A stretch of DNA of 64,000 nt from Candidatus Omnitrophota bacterium (GCA_016206805.1 JACQQX010000054.1:3743-67742), one strand, 5' to 3'; counted from the first letter of the stretch, positions 20,289 to 29,780 are shown. The notes: generated from the sequence alone by a model not told the origin. Made by a program: numbers and translations.

Positions 20289-22512
20289 CCGCGCCGTCCT
20301 TTGCTTCGTTTTTGGAAGTTTCGGAGGGCAAGCGGTTGGCGATGAAGGTGCATTCGGGGTATTGGCTGCAGCCATAAAAAGAGCGGCCTTTGCCGGAACG
20401 GGCGCGGCGCCGAACAAGTTGGCCATTGCCACATTGAGGGCATGCCACGCCGGTCGGCAGGGATTTCGCGTTTTTACAATCCGGCCAACCGGAGCAGCTC
20501 ATAAACCGTCCATGACGGCCCCATTTGATAACCATGGGTTTTCCGCATTTGTCGCAAAGCTCATCCGTCGGTTCCGCTTCCCGTTTCACGGTCTGCATTT
20601 GATCTTTGGCTACATTCACTTCCCCGCTGAAGTGGCCATAAAAGTTGCGCACCACCTCCACCCACTGAGCCTTCCCTTCCTCAATCCTGTCCAAGTCCTC
20701 TTCCATGGTCGCTGTGAAATCAAATTCCAACAGCTTCGAAAAAGATTTAACGAGTAAATCCGTGATTAGCATCCCAAGCTCCGTCGGCAAGAGAGCGCCG
20801 CCTTCGCGCCGGATATAGTCGCGGCTGGTCAGTGTTTGAATAATCGGCGCATACGTCGAAGGCCGACCGATCCCCTGCTCTTCAAGCGCCTTCACAAGCG
20901 AAGCGTCCGTGAAACGTCCGGGCGGCTTTGTAAAATGTTGATTGGGTTCGATTTTGACCAGCTGCAATGCTTCGGCGACGGCCAGTGGCGGAAGAATCTT
21001 GTCCGCATCTTCGGTCGTGCGGCCCGACACCGCCAAAAACCCCGGAAACTCAATACGGCTGCCGGTGGACCGGAAAATACAAATGTCTGCGGTGATATCC
21101 ACCGTGACCTGCTCCACAATGGCCGGCGTCATTTGGCTGGAAACATGCTGCTCCCAGATCAGCGAATATAATTTAAACTGGTCCGGCGCTAAATACCGCT
21201 CAATATCCTGAGGGCGCCTGAGAACAGACGTGGCGCGAATAGCTTCATGCGCTTCCTGCGCTTGTTTTTTGGATTTATAAACATTCGGTTTGGCGGGCAA
21301 ATAATCTTTTCCATACGTTTTGGAAATAAACTCACGAACCTCTGTCATCGCCCCGTCAGAAATCCGCACGGAATCAGTGCGCATGTACGTGATAAGACCC
21401 ACGCTTCCCTCGCTGCCGATATCAACGCCCTCGTAAAGGGATTGGGCAATGCGCATGGTTTTGGCCGCCGGGAAACGTAAAGCGTTATAGGCGGACTGCT
21501 GGAGCTTGCTGGTCGTAAAAGGGGCCGAAGGATTGCGTTTTTTATTTTGTTTCTTTAAATCTTTGACGACAAATGCGGCAGACTCGATCTTTTTAAGAAT
21601 GCCCGCGGCTTCTTCTTGTTTTTTCAAATCGGCTTTTTCTTCTCCGATTTTTTCAAGCTTGGCCGTAAAAGACGGGTATTCGCCTTTTTCCTTTTTAAGT
21701 TCGGCTTCTATCGTCCAGTATTCTTCGGGCTTAAACGCCTGGATTTCCCGCTCGCGATCCACGATGAGACGAAGCGCCACCGACTGCACGCGGCCGGCTG
21801 AAAGACCTTTGCCTACCTTCTGCCACAAAAGCGGACTGAGGGAATAACCGACGAGCCTATCCAGTACGCGGCGGGCCTGCTGGGCATCCACCAAGTCCAT
21901 ATTGATCTCGGTGGGATGTTCAAACGCCTTGGTGACGGCTTCTTTAGTGATTTCATTGAACACGACGCGGGTGACTTTCTTGCCTTCACCCAACTCGTTC
22001 TTCAAATGCCAGCTGATCGCCTCGCCCTCACGGTCCGGATCGCAGGCCAGGTAAATCTCGCTTTTATTTTTGGCTTTGGCTTTCAATTCCTTCAGCATTT
22101 TCTTCTTGTCGCGCACCACAATGTACTGCGGCTTAAAGTCGTGCTCGATGTCGATGCCCATCTTGCTTTTGGGCAGATCGACGAGGTGCCCCATGGAAGC
22201 GGCCACTTCGAAGCCGGGGCCCAAATATTTATGAATGGTTTTGCATTTGGCCGGAGATTCGACGATCACCAGAGCCCCTGAATGGTGAGCCTGTCGAACC
22301 ATCTTTTTGCGGGCCCCTCCTCCGACAAATTGAACGATTTCCACCACATCTCCTTCCTTCAAAAGGGTTTCGGCAAGCTGGTCCTTGGGCAAAATTTCAT
22401 AATTAAGCTCCACCACCACCCGCTCTTTGGGGAGCGAAAGCCGCGCCAGAAGCCCGGACAAGGAAAGCGGCTTATCAAAAACCTTTTTTTCACCGTTCAG
22501 CTGAATATTCAT
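20272..22512 (-). CDS. topA: DNA topoisomerase I with an in-frame N-terminal ThiS-like ubiquitin-fold domain
   Basis: 746 aa. Residues 1-66 are ThiS-like and end VEIVQFVGGG. There is no stop, and the frame continues ARKKMVRQAHHSGALVIVESPAKCK (Toprim), then the topoisomerase IA core and C-terminal Zn-ribbon Cys4 motifs. An internal ATG lies at 22302. Confidence 0.9.
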   Translation of the reverse strand: MNIQLNGEKKVFDKPLSLSGLLARLSLPKERVVVELNYEILPKDQLAETLLKEGDVVEIVQFVGGGARKKMVRQAHHSGALVIVESPAKCKTIHKYLGPGFEVAASMGHLVDLPKSKMGIDIEHDFKPQYIVVRDKKKMLKELKAKAKNKSEIYLACDPDREGEAISWHLKNELGEGKKVTRVVFNEITKEAVTKAFEHPTEINMDLVDAQQARRVLDRLVGYSLSPLLWQKVGKGLSAGRVQSVALRLIVDREREIQAFKPEEYWTIEAELKKEKGEYPSFTAKLEKIGEEKADLKKQEEAAGILKKIESAAFVVKDLKKQNKKRNPSAPFTTSKLQQSAYNALRFPAAKTMRIAQSLYEGVDIGSEGSVGLITYMRTDSVRISDGAMTEVREFISKTYGKDYLPAKPNVYKSKKQAQEAHEAIRATSVLRRPQDIERYLAPDQFKLYSLIWEQHVSSQMTPAIVEQVTVDITADICIFRSTGSRIEFPGFLAVSGRTTEDADKILPPLAVAEALQLVKIEPNQHFTKPPGRFTDASLVKALEEQGIGRPSTYAPIIQTLTSRDYIRREGGALLPTELGMLITDLLVKSFSKLLEFDFTATMEEDLDRIEEGKAQWVEVVRNFYGHFSGEVNVAKDQMQTVKREAEPTDELCDKCGKPMVIKWGRHGRFMSCSGWPDCKNAKSLPTGVACPQCGNGQLVRRRARSGKGRSFYGCSQYPECTFIANRLPSETSKNEAKDGADGSDE

Positions 22513-23543
22513 ATCTTGGAAAATCTCTTTCCCGGAAGTTCCTTGACCAGCCCCTTAAGCTCCAGTAGAGCCAGAAACGAAGCCGTCTCGCTCACGGTAA
22601 AGCCTGTTTCCGAAATAATGCCGTCCATCTGCAAAGCCTCGGCGTCTAAAAGATCGAGAATCTTATTTTCTTCCTTGCCCAGTGCCAGATTTTTCAGACG
22701 GTTTTCTCCGTTTTGGGTTTTTGCTTCCAATCCCAGATCGCTCAAAATATCGGCGACGGAAGTCACCATCTTGGCGCCTTGTTTTAAAAGCGCGTTGGTT
22801 CCGAGCGACCGGGACGAATCAATATTGCCGGGCACCGCGAAAACTTCACGGCCCTCTTCCAGCGCGCAGTCCGCGGTGATCAAAGCCCCGCTTTTTGCTT
22901 TGGCCTCGACCACCAGCACGGCATTTGAAAGGCCGCTGATGATGCGGTTTCGCATGGGAAAATAAGCGGCTAGCGGCGCCATGCCCATCGGGTATTCGGA
23001 AATCAAAGCCCCTCTTTTTAAAATAGCTTCGGCCAATTTTTTGTGCTGACGGGGATAAATCGTCGAAAGACCGCAGCCAAAAACAGCCAGTGTCACGCCA
23101 TCCGCCTCCAGCGCTCCCTCATGCGCGGCGGCGTCAATGCCCTCCGCCAAACCACTGACAATCGTCACTCCGGCGGCGGCCATCTGGCGGGAAAAACGTT
23201 TGGCGGTTTCCCGTCCGTAAGTCGAGGCCAGCCGCGAACCCACCACGGCAATCTTCTGTCCGCCGGCGGGCAAGCTGCCCTTCACATACAAAAGAATAGG
23301 GGGATCGTAAATGGCTTTGAGCTCGGCAGGATAGCGCTCGTCAAAAATCCCAATCATGTCGACGCCGGCATCTTCGGCTTTTTTTATTTCAACATCCGCT
23401 TTTTTGAGAAGACCAGGATCGTTGAGGCCGGCCAGGACCGCATCCAAACTTCCGGAGGACTCATAAAGCCGTTTAAAAGTAACGGCGCCCATACCCTCCG
23501 CCAGTGTGATGGCCATCAGTTTTTTCAACGCTTCGGGTTTCAT
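22509..23543 (-). CDS. dprA: DNA processing protein DprA (Smf)
   Basis: 344 aa. VVGSRLASTYG...SGLAEGIDAAAHEGAL...VVEAKAKSGALITA is a typical DprA Rossmann core. Confidence 0.9.
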   Translation of the reverse strand: MKPEALKKLMAITLAEGMGAVTFKRLYESSGSLDAVLAGLNDPGLLKKADVEIKKAEDAGVDMIGIFDERYPAELKAIYDPPILLYVKGSLPAGGQKIAVVGSRLASTYGRETAKRFSRQMAAAGVTIVSGLAEGIDAAAHEGALEADGVTLAVFGCGLSTIYPRQHKKLAEAILKRGALISEYPMGMAPLAAYFPMRNRIISGLSNAVLVVEAKAKSGALITADCALEEGREVFAVPGNIDSSRSLGTNALLKQGAKMVTSVADILSDLGLEAKTQNGENRLKNLALGKEENKILDLLDAEALQMDGIISETGFTVSETASFLALLELKGLVKELPGKRFSKI

Positions 23544-24049
23544 CGGGAAAGTTCCTTCAAAATCCGAACGGCCACCTGATGGGGTGTCTGCCCATCCGTA
23601 TCCATCTTTAGGTCCGCTTGGGCATACTGGGCTTTGCGTTTTTCCAGCAAATCATTCACGCGGCCCGGTAAATCTTCCCCTTTCAAAAGAGGCCGATGCG
23701 CCGAGTCCTTCACGCGCTGAACGATCGTCTCCGGCGTGGCCATGAGCGCGATTACCGTGCCGTTTTTTTTAAGCGCGGCCATGTTGTCAGGATCCAAAAC
23801 CACGCCGCCGCCGGTGGTAATGACGATGCCTTCGCGCGCGGCGGCCTCCGTCACGGCTTTTTTTTCGATCGCTCGGAAGTAAGCCTCGCCCTCTTTTTCA
23901 AAAATAGCCGCGATTTTTCTTTTTTCGGTTTCTTCAATGCGGTGATCGATGTCGATAAGCGGGCGCTTGAGTTCCCGCGCCAGGATCTTCCCAACGCTGG
24001 TTTTGCCGGTGCCCATGAAACCGATGAGAACGATATTTTTCTTAACCAT
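23540..24049 (-). CDS. aroK: shikimate kinase
   Basis: MVKKNIVLIGFMGTGKTSVGKILA P-loop. I prefer the ATG at 24049. The track ORF starts at a GTG (24100) inside the hairpin repeat R1b. Confidence 0.88.
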   Translation of the reverse strand: MVKKNIVLIGFMGTGKTSVGKILARELKRPLIDIDHRIEETEKRKIAAIFEKEGEAYFRAIEKKAVTEAAAREGIVITTGGGVVLDPDNMAALKKNGTVIALMATPETIVQRVKDSAHRPLLKGEDLPGRVNDLLEKRKAQYAQADLKMDTDGQTPHQVAVRILKELSR

Positions 24050-24117
24050 GTCGTGGGTCGTGAGTCGTCGGTCGTGAGAAAGCGGTTGCCCACGGCTCAC
24101 GACCGACGACTCACGAC
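24050..24117. repeat. Family R1 GC-rich long hairpin (copy b)
   Basis: GTCGTGAGTCGTCGGTCGTGAG (24057..24078) forms a perfect 22-bp stem with CTCACGACCGACGACTCACGAC (24096..24117), with a 17-nt loop. It abuts the aroK ATG. Confidence 0.85.
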
Positions 24118-24122
24118 AGGCC

Positions 24123-25247
24123 TCAGAATTCTCTTATTTGTTTTAAATATCCCGTGTAATTGCGCTTGGTTTCGACCAAACTATCCCCGCCAAATTTCTC
24201 CAGCATGCTTTGCGCAAGCTCAAACGCCACCATGGCTTCACCCACAATGCCGCAGGCCGGGACCGCCGTCACATCGGAGCGCTCAACCGTCGCGACTTCT
24301 TTTTCTTTGGTATCGATATGGACCGACTGGAGCGGGCTCATCAGCGTGGCATAGGGCTTGGTGGCGGCTCTCAAAACAAGCGCTTCCCCGTTGGTCACGC
24401 CCCCCTCAAGGCCTCCGGCGCGATTGGTGAAGCGATGAAACCCTTTGCCCTTCTCGTGAAAAATCTCATCATGCACTTCACGGCCAAGCGCCTCGGAAAC
24501 TTTGAAACCCATGCCGATCTCAACGCCTTTGACGGCCTGGATGGACATCAATGCCGCCGCGAGTTTTGCCGTCAAGCGCCTGTCGTAATGCACAAAACTC
24601 CCCAGGCCCGCCGGTACGCCGCTGGCAATCACTTCGAAAATCCCGCCGATAGTGTCTTTTTTGGTTTTGGCTTCGTCAATACGCGCCATCATTTTTTTCT
24701 CGGCGGATTTATCGGCCGAACGCACGGGCGACACTTCCGCCGCGTCGCGGATTTTTTCAAAACTCAGCCCTTCGGTGTTGGCGATAACGCCGCCGATGGA
24801 AACCACGTGGCTAGTGATTTCTATTCCGAATTCTTTCAGGAAAACTTTGCACACGGCTCCGACAGCCACACGCGCCGCTGTTTCGCGCGCGCTGGCCCGC
24901 TCTAAAATATCGCGCACATCTTCGCGGCCATATTTCAAAACGCCGACCAGATCCGCGTGTCCGGGTCGCGGCCGTTTCACGATAGGCAGTTCATTGATTT
25001 TAAAATCTTTATTGGGAATCAACAGCGCGATCGGCCCGCCGATAGTGGTCGTGCCACGAACACCGGACATGATCTCAGCCTGATCTTTTTCAATCGTCAT
25101 GCGTCCGCCGCGACCGTATCCCTGTTGACGACGCACTAAATCCTGGTTAATGTCATCAAGCTTCAACTCAAGCCCCGCCACCATGCCTTCGAGGATGGCC
25201 ACAAGACATTTGCCGTGTGATTCTCCACTGGTTAGAAAACGCAGCAT
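24123..25247 (-). CDS. aroC: chorismate synthase
   Basis: 374 aa. MLRFLTSGESHGK... and RSDVTAVPA motifs. Confidence 0.93.
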   Translation of the reverse strand: MLRFLTSGESHGKCLVAILEGMVAGLELKLDDINQDLVRRQQGYGRGGRMTIEKDQAEIMSGVRGTTTIGGPIALLIPNKDFKINELPIVKRPRPGHADLVGVLKYGREDVRDILERASARETAARVAVGAVCKVFLKEFGIEITSHVVSIGGVIANTEGLSFEKIRDAAEVSPVRSADKSAEKKMMARIDEAKTKKDTIGGIFEVIASGVPAGLGSFVHYDRRLTAKLAAALMSIQAVKGVEIGMGFKVSEALGREVHDEIFHEKGKGFHRFTNRAGGLEGGVTNGEALVLRAATKPYATLMSPLQSVHIDTKEKEVATVERSDVTAVPACGIVGEAMVAFELAQSMLEKFGGDSLVETKRNYTGYLKQIREF

Positions 25248-25288
25248 TTGAACTCCTATTTAATCGTCGTGTTACGTTGCGCGGTTGC

Positions 25289-25382
25289 GGTGTCGAAGCC
25301 CGTATCGTCCAGCGGTTGCGTCGGCGTCACGTTACCGCTAAACGCCCAACGATACGGGTTTCGTTACCGCCAACGCTACCGC
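25289..25382. repeat. Family R4 palindromic element, copy a
   Basis: GGTGTCGAAGCCCGTATCG (25289..25307) pairs imperfectly with CGATACGGGTTTCGTTACC (25350..25368). Shared inner box TC(C/A)AGCGGTTGCGT. Overlaps the prepilin peptidase stop codon. Confidence 0.8.
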
Positions 25383-26152
25383 AAACATCCCAAATACCAT
25401 GCCATAAGTGCCTGCCCGAAGAAAAGATAAAAAAATGCCGCCCCGGCTAGATACGGCCCAAAGGGGATTCTTTCCTGCCCTTCCTTAATGCGCAGATACA
25501 GACCCACGATAGACCCTAAAAATGAGGCTATGAAAATGATCCAGAAAACGCCCTGCCAGCCCAATAAAGCCCCAAGCCCCGCCATAAGCTTCACGTCCCC
25601 TCCACCCATGGCCTCTTTTTTTAAAATACGCTCGGTGATCGCCCCGGCCCCATAAAGCAGCCCTCCACCCACCAATAAACCAATGACCGATTGCAAAAAT
25701 CCCCAAAGCCGGCTTGACTCACCATGAAATTCGGGCCACATCGCGGAGACGGCCAAACCCAAAACAATAGTCGGAAGAGTAATTTCATCCGGAATAATCT
25801 GATAACGCCAGTCGATAACGCTTTCCACCAAAAGCGCCAACGCCAATACCAAATACACGACCCCTTTGGGCGTAAAACCAAAAATAACGTAAAAAAGAAT
25901 AAAAAGGAGTCCTGTCAGTATTTCCACGGCCGGATATTGAGCTGAAATTTTCACGTGGCAGTGACGGCACCGTCCGCCCAATACAAAATAGCTCACGCAG
26001 GGAATATTGTCGTGCCAGGCAACGGCTTTGGAGCAGGCCACACAATGCGATCCGGGATGGACCAGGGACTCATTTCGAGGCAGTCTTAAAATACAGACGT
26101 TGAGAAAGCTCCCCACAATAGCGCCGAAAATAAATGCGGCAATAAACGTCAT
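25376..26152 (-). CDS. prepilin peptidase (A24 family, PilD-like)
   Basis: 258 aa. N-terminal CVAC...CRHC zinc motif, polytopic membrane protein, GGGDVKL active-site region. Confidence 0.85.
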   Translation of the reverse strand: MTFIAAFIFGAIVGSFLNVCILRLPRNESLVHPGSHCVACSKAVAWHDNIPCVSYFVLGGRCRHCHVKISAQYPAVEILTGLLFILFYVIFGFTPKGVVYLVLALALLVESVIDWRYQIIPDEITLPTIVLGLAVSAMWPEFHGESSRLWGFLQSVIGLLVGGGLLYGAGAITERILKKEAMGGGDVKLMAGLGALLGWQGVFWIIFIASFLGSIVGLYLRIKEGQERIPFGPYLAGAAFFYLFFGQALMAWYLGCLR

Positions 26153-26988
26153 TGCCTCAAAGCTTCCAGCATGATTTGACGGACACCCTCCTTCTGACCG
26201 GTCCAGAGTCCGAAGGAAATAGCCGCTTGCCCGGCCAGCATTCCTAAACCATTGGCATGCCGGCGGCCCTGCTCGCGCGCTTTTTTGAGTAAAAGTGTTT
26301 CGGTTGGAGAATAAACCAAATCATAAACGGCCGCTTCTTTTTTGAGAAATTGTAAATCAAACGCCGCCGGATCCTCGGCGCGCATCCCACAGGAAGTCGC
26401 GTTCACCAAAAGATGGATCTTCTCGTCCTTGGCGTGTTCGGGCGAATGGAGGATTTTAACCTCCGTCTCGGGGAAATGGGTTTTGAGATAACCCTGAAGG
26501 CCATGAGCCCGCTCGATCGTACGATTAAAAATATAAATTTTATCGGCGCCGGCATGCGCGAGCGCGAACACCACGCCGCGCGCGGCTCCTCCCGCTCCCA
26601 AAACTAAAATGCTTTTGGTTTCCGGATTGAATTGCAGTTCTTCGCGAAGCGCTCCCAAAAATCCGGGAACGTCCGTGTTGTAACCCAGCAGTCTCCCGTC
26701 GCGGTTCACCACTGTGTTGATGGCGCCAATGCAGCGGTCCAGGTCCGTCGGCACCTCATCGACAAAATTGATGGCGTCTTCTTTGTGGGGCAGCGTGATG
26801 TTAAGGCCTTTAATTTGAAGCGCGCGCATGGCCTCAAAAGCCAGACCCAAAAATTCTTTGTCGACCTGAAAAGCCAGATAAGCGGCGTTAATGCTGAGTT
26901 TTTGAAACGCGGCGTTATGGATCTTTGGGGAAAGCGAGTGGCGGATGGGATTACCGATCACGCCGTAAAGCGCGGTGCGGCTGTCCAC
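26149..26988 (-). CDS. aroE: shikimate dehydrogenase
   Basis: 279 aa. GVIGNPIRHSLSPKIHN, NITLPHK and GAGGAARG motifs. Confidence 0.92.
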   Translation of the reverse strand: MDSRTALYGVIGNPIRHSLSPKIHNAAFQKLSINAAYLAFQVDKEFLGLAFEAMRALQIKGLNITLPHKEDAINFVDEVPTDLDRCIGAINTVVNRDGRLLGYNTDVPGFLGALREELQFNPETKSILVLGAGGAARGVVFALAHAGADKIYIFNRTIERAHGLQGYLKTHFPETEVKILHSPEHAKDEKIHLLVNATSCGMRAEDPAAFDLQFLKKEAAVYDLVYSPTETLLLKKAREQGRRHANGLGMLAGQAAISFGLWTGQKEGVRQIMLEALRQ

Positions 26989-28538
26989 TAGACGCCGTGC
27001 GCGGTTGGCGACTTCTTGGAGATTTTGTGCGCGAGTTTATTGAGGGCGTCAAGATAGGCTTTGACGCTGGCCTCAATCACATCGGTGCTCAGCCCCTGAC
27101 CGATGATGACCTCGTCCTTTTCGCCCGCGACCTTCACCGTGACTTCGCCTTGCGCGTCTTCGCCGACGGTGACGGAGCGGATTTGATAATCCAAAAGACG
27201 GGTCTTGGCGCCCAATAGTTTATCAATAGTCTGATAAGACGCGTGGACCGGGCCATTGCCCGTGCCTTCGGCCTCGATGGTTTTATTTTTATGCTTGATC
27301 TTGATCGACACCCACGGAGCCTTGCCGCTTTCGGTGCGCATACCCAAATGGATCAATTCATAGGTCTTGGGAGCCGCCGTGACCTCTTTGTCGACAAGTG
27401 CCGTCAAATCTTCATCAAACACTTCTTTTTTGCGGTCAGCCAGCGTTTTAAAGTTGTCAAAAACAAGCGCGAGTTCTTTTTCGCTCAGTTTGTACCCCAA
27501 TTTTTGCAGGCGATTTTCAAGCGCATGCCGGCCGGAATGCTTGCCCAGCACCAGGCGCGTTTCACCGAAACCCACGTCCTGGGGACGCATGATTTCATAA
27601 GTCTTGCGGAGTTTCAAAAGCCCGTCCTGATGGATGCCCGACTCATGCGTGAACGCGTTGCGGCCCACAACGGCCTTATTGGGCTGGACAATCATGCCCG
27701 TGAGCGAGCTGACCAAGCGACTGGACTTACAAATCTGATCGCGGCGAACGTTAGTGAATTTACCGGCAAAAATATCCTTACGGGTATCCAGCGCCATGAC
27801 GATTTCTTCCATCGCGGCGTTTCCGGCGCGCTCACCGATGCCGTTCACCGTGCACTCCACCTGACGCGCGCCGAACTTCACCGCCGCCAATGAATTGGCC
27901 ACCGCTAAACCCAAATCATTATGGCAATGCACGCTAATGATGGCTTTATGGATATTGGGAACATTTTCAAAAATACCTTTGATGAGGCTGCCAAACTCGA
28001 AAGGCGTCGTATAGCCCACGGTATCGGGAATATTCACAACCGTGGCGCCGGCATCGATCACTTGGCGTATCACTTCATACAAAAATGGCGGCTCGGTGCG
28101 CGAGGCGTCCTCGGGCGAAAATTCGACTTCGCCGATATGCTGGCGAGCGTGCTTCACGGCCCAGGTGGCGATGCGAACAATCTCATCCTTGGCTTTGTTG
28201 AGCTTGTGCTTGCGATGGATTTCCGAGGTCGCGATAAAAATATGCAAGCGTGAGCGCTTGGCCGGTTTCAAACAGTCCAGCGCGATATCGATATCTTTTT
28301 GCAAAGCCCTCGCCAGCGCGCAAATCGTGGGGCCCTTGATCTCTTTGGCGATTCTTTTGACGGCTTCGGCGTCTCCGGGAGAGGTCACTGGAAAACCGGC
28401 TTCGATAACGTCAACACGGAGCTCCGCCAACTGACGAGCGATCTCGAGTTTCGATTTCTCGTCAAGCGAAGCGCCGGGAGACTGCTCGCCGTCCCGAAGC
28501 GTCGTATCAAATATGTAAATGCGTTTAGAATCAGTCAT
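26988..28538 (-). CDS. leuA: 2-isopropylmalate synthase
   Basis: IYIFDTTLRDGEQSPG, HCHNDLGLAVANSLAA and a C-terminal LeuA dimerisation/regulatory domain. I prefer the ATG at 28538 (MTDSKR...). The track ORF to 28643 reads through repeat R2b. Confidence 0.88.
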   Translation of the reverse strand: MTDSKRIYIFDTTLRDGEQSPGASLDEKSKLEIARQLAELRVDVIEAGFPVTSPGDAEAVKRIAKEIKGPTICALARALQKDIDIALDCLKPAKRSRLHIFIATSEIHRKHKLNKAKDEIVRIATWAVKHARQHIGEVEFSPEDASRTEPPFLYEVIRQVIDAGATVVNIPDTVGYTTPFEFGSLIKGIFENVPNIHKAIISVHCHNDLGLAVANSLAAVKFGARQVECTVNGIGERAGNAAMEEIVMALDTRKDIFAGKFTNVRRDQICKSSRLVSSLTGMIVQPNKAVVGRNAFTHESGIHQDGLLKLRKTYEIMRPQDVGFGETRLVLGKHSGRHALENRLQKLGYKLSEKELALVFDNFKTLADRKKEVFDEDLTALVDKEVTAAPKTYELIHLGMRTESGKAPWVSIKIKHKNKTIEAEGTGNGPVHASYQTIDKLLGAKTRLLDYQIRSVTVGEDAQGEVTVKVAGEKDEVIIGQGLSTDVIEASVKAYLDALNKLAHKISKKSPTAHGV

Positions 28539-28550
28539 AATTAATATAAT

Positions 28551-28653
28551 TAATGAAAAATTTTGAATGTAAAATGTAAAATATTGTGTCGCAAATGCGA
28601 CTTCTATAAGTCCCGCAGGGACTCCATTTTTTACATTTTTCATTTTTCATTTT
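28551..28653 (-). repeat. Family R2 palindromic element, copy b (inverted orientation relative to a, c, d)
   Basis: Contains GTCGCAAATGCGAC and AGTCCCGCAGGGACT hairpins and a CCATTTTTTACATTTTTCATTTTTCATTTT arm. Fills the ilvC-leuA spacer. Confidence 0.85.
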
Positions 28654-28659
28654 ACGTTA

Positions 28660-29643
28660 CTACATCCATTTCATCATGCCGCGGAGCTTAGCGCCCACCA
28701 CTTCCACGGGATGCTTGTCATCCGCGCGGCGGAGCTTCTCGAATTTATTTTTGTCCTTATAAGTCGCCAGAAATTCCTTGGCGAACTTGCCGGACTGCAC
28801 TTCTTTCAAAATCTTCTTCATTTCTTTTTGCGTTTGCTTGTTGATCACGCGGGGGCCGCGGGAAAGATCCCCGTATTCGGCCGTATCGGAAACGCGCTTG
28901 CGCATCCCCTGCACGCCGCCGGCATAAATCAAGTCCGTGATCAGCTTGAGCTCGTGCAAGCATTCAAAATAAGCGACTTCCGGCTGATAGCCGGCGTTCA
29001 CCAGCGTTTCAAAACCCGCTTTGATCAGAGCGCTCGTGCCGCCGCACAAAACAGCCTGCTCACCGAAAAGATCGGTTTCCGTTTCTTCTTTAAAAGTAGT
29101 TTCGATAACGCCCGCACGGGTGCCGCCCAGCGCCTTGGCATAAGCCAACGCTACTTTCTTGGCGTTTTTAGTCGCGTCCTGATGCACGGCGATCAAACAA
29201 GGAACGCCTTTCCCCTCCTCGTAAAGACGGCGAACCAGGCTTCCCGGACCTTTAGGCGCGATCATGAACACGTCGACAAATTTGGGCGGAACGATTTGTT
29301 TGAAATGAATATTGAAGCCGTGCGAAAAAACCAGCGCCTTTCCTTTGGTCAAATAAGGCTCAACGGAATTCTTATAAATATCCGCCTGCAAAGGATCCTG
29401 CGCGAGAATAATAATCATGTCCGAGTTTTTTGCCGCTGTCGCCGCGTCCACCGGATCAAACCCGTCTTTTTTGGCCTGATCGTAGTTTGGTCCACCGGGC
29501 CTCTGGGAAACAATAACCTTCACACCGCTATCGCGAAGATTGAGCGCCTGGCCACGGCCTTGAATGCCGTAACCGATAACCGCCACCGTTTTATCCTTGA
29601 TGAATGAAAGATCCGCGTCGTTGTCGTAATAAATCCTGGCCAT
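28660..29643 (-). CDS. ilvC: ketol-acid reductoisomerase
   Basis: 327 aa. [21 protein letters not shown] and typical class I KARI sequence. Confidence 0.95.
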   Translation of the reverse strand: MARIYYDNDADLSFIKDKTVAVIGYGIQGRGQALNLRDSGVKVIVSQRPGGPNYDQAKKDGFDPVDAATAAKNSDMIIILAQDPLQADIYKNSVEPYLTKGKALVFSHGFNIHFKQIVPPKFVDVFMIAPKGPGSLVRRLYEEGKGVPCLIAVHQDATKNAKKVALAYAKALGGTRAGVIETTFKEETETDLFGEQAVLCGGTSALIKAGFETLVNAGYQPEVAYFECLHELKLITDLIYAGGVQGMRKRVSDTAEYGDLSRGPRVINKQTQKEMKKILKEVQSGKFAKEFLATYKDKNKFEKLRRADDKHPVEVVGAKLRGMMKWM

Positions 29644-29672
29644 GTCAATTCTCCCTTAAACGTAACAAACAT

Positions 29673-29777
29673 AATGAAAAATACAAAATGAGAAATTTAA
29701 AAAATGGAGTCCCTTTGGGACTTTCATCAAAAGTCGCGCAGCGACACATTATTTTACATTTTGCATTTTTAATTTTA
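29673..29777 (+). repeat. Family R2 palindromic element, copy c
   Basis: AATGAAAAATACAAAATGAGAAATTTAAAAAATGG-AGTCCCTTTGGGACT-...-GTCGCGCAGCGAC-...ATTTTACATTTTGCATTTTTAATTTT. Fills the ilvN-ilvC spacer. Confidence 0.85.
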
Positions 29778-29780
29778 CTT

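Noticed and set aside
24050-24100. N-terminal ORF extensions in the track: aroK to 24100, leuA to 28643, waaA to 19309, xerC to 20432, alr to 38889, lpxK to 18038, DUF167 to 8639, ispD to 50630.
   Set aside because: The extensions read through repeat elements or the 3' end of the upstream gene. Some start at GTG, and all add residues absent from the conserved N-termini. Internal ATGs give canonical N-termini and often ATGA-type coupling with the upstream stop.
28711-29607. Long plus-strand ORFs antisense to well-supported minus-strand genes, for example 28711..29607 (298 aa), 62701..63630 (309 aa), 58321..59187 (288 aa), 31449..32207, 17202..17918, 23696..24430 and 52444..53148.
   Set aside because: They lie entirely inside strongly supported genes (ilvC, lysS, mcsB, ilvB, lpxK, aroK/aroC, mlaF) on the opposite strand. 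Their translations are low-complexity and R/H/G-rich with no family resemblance. They are typical shadow ORFs.
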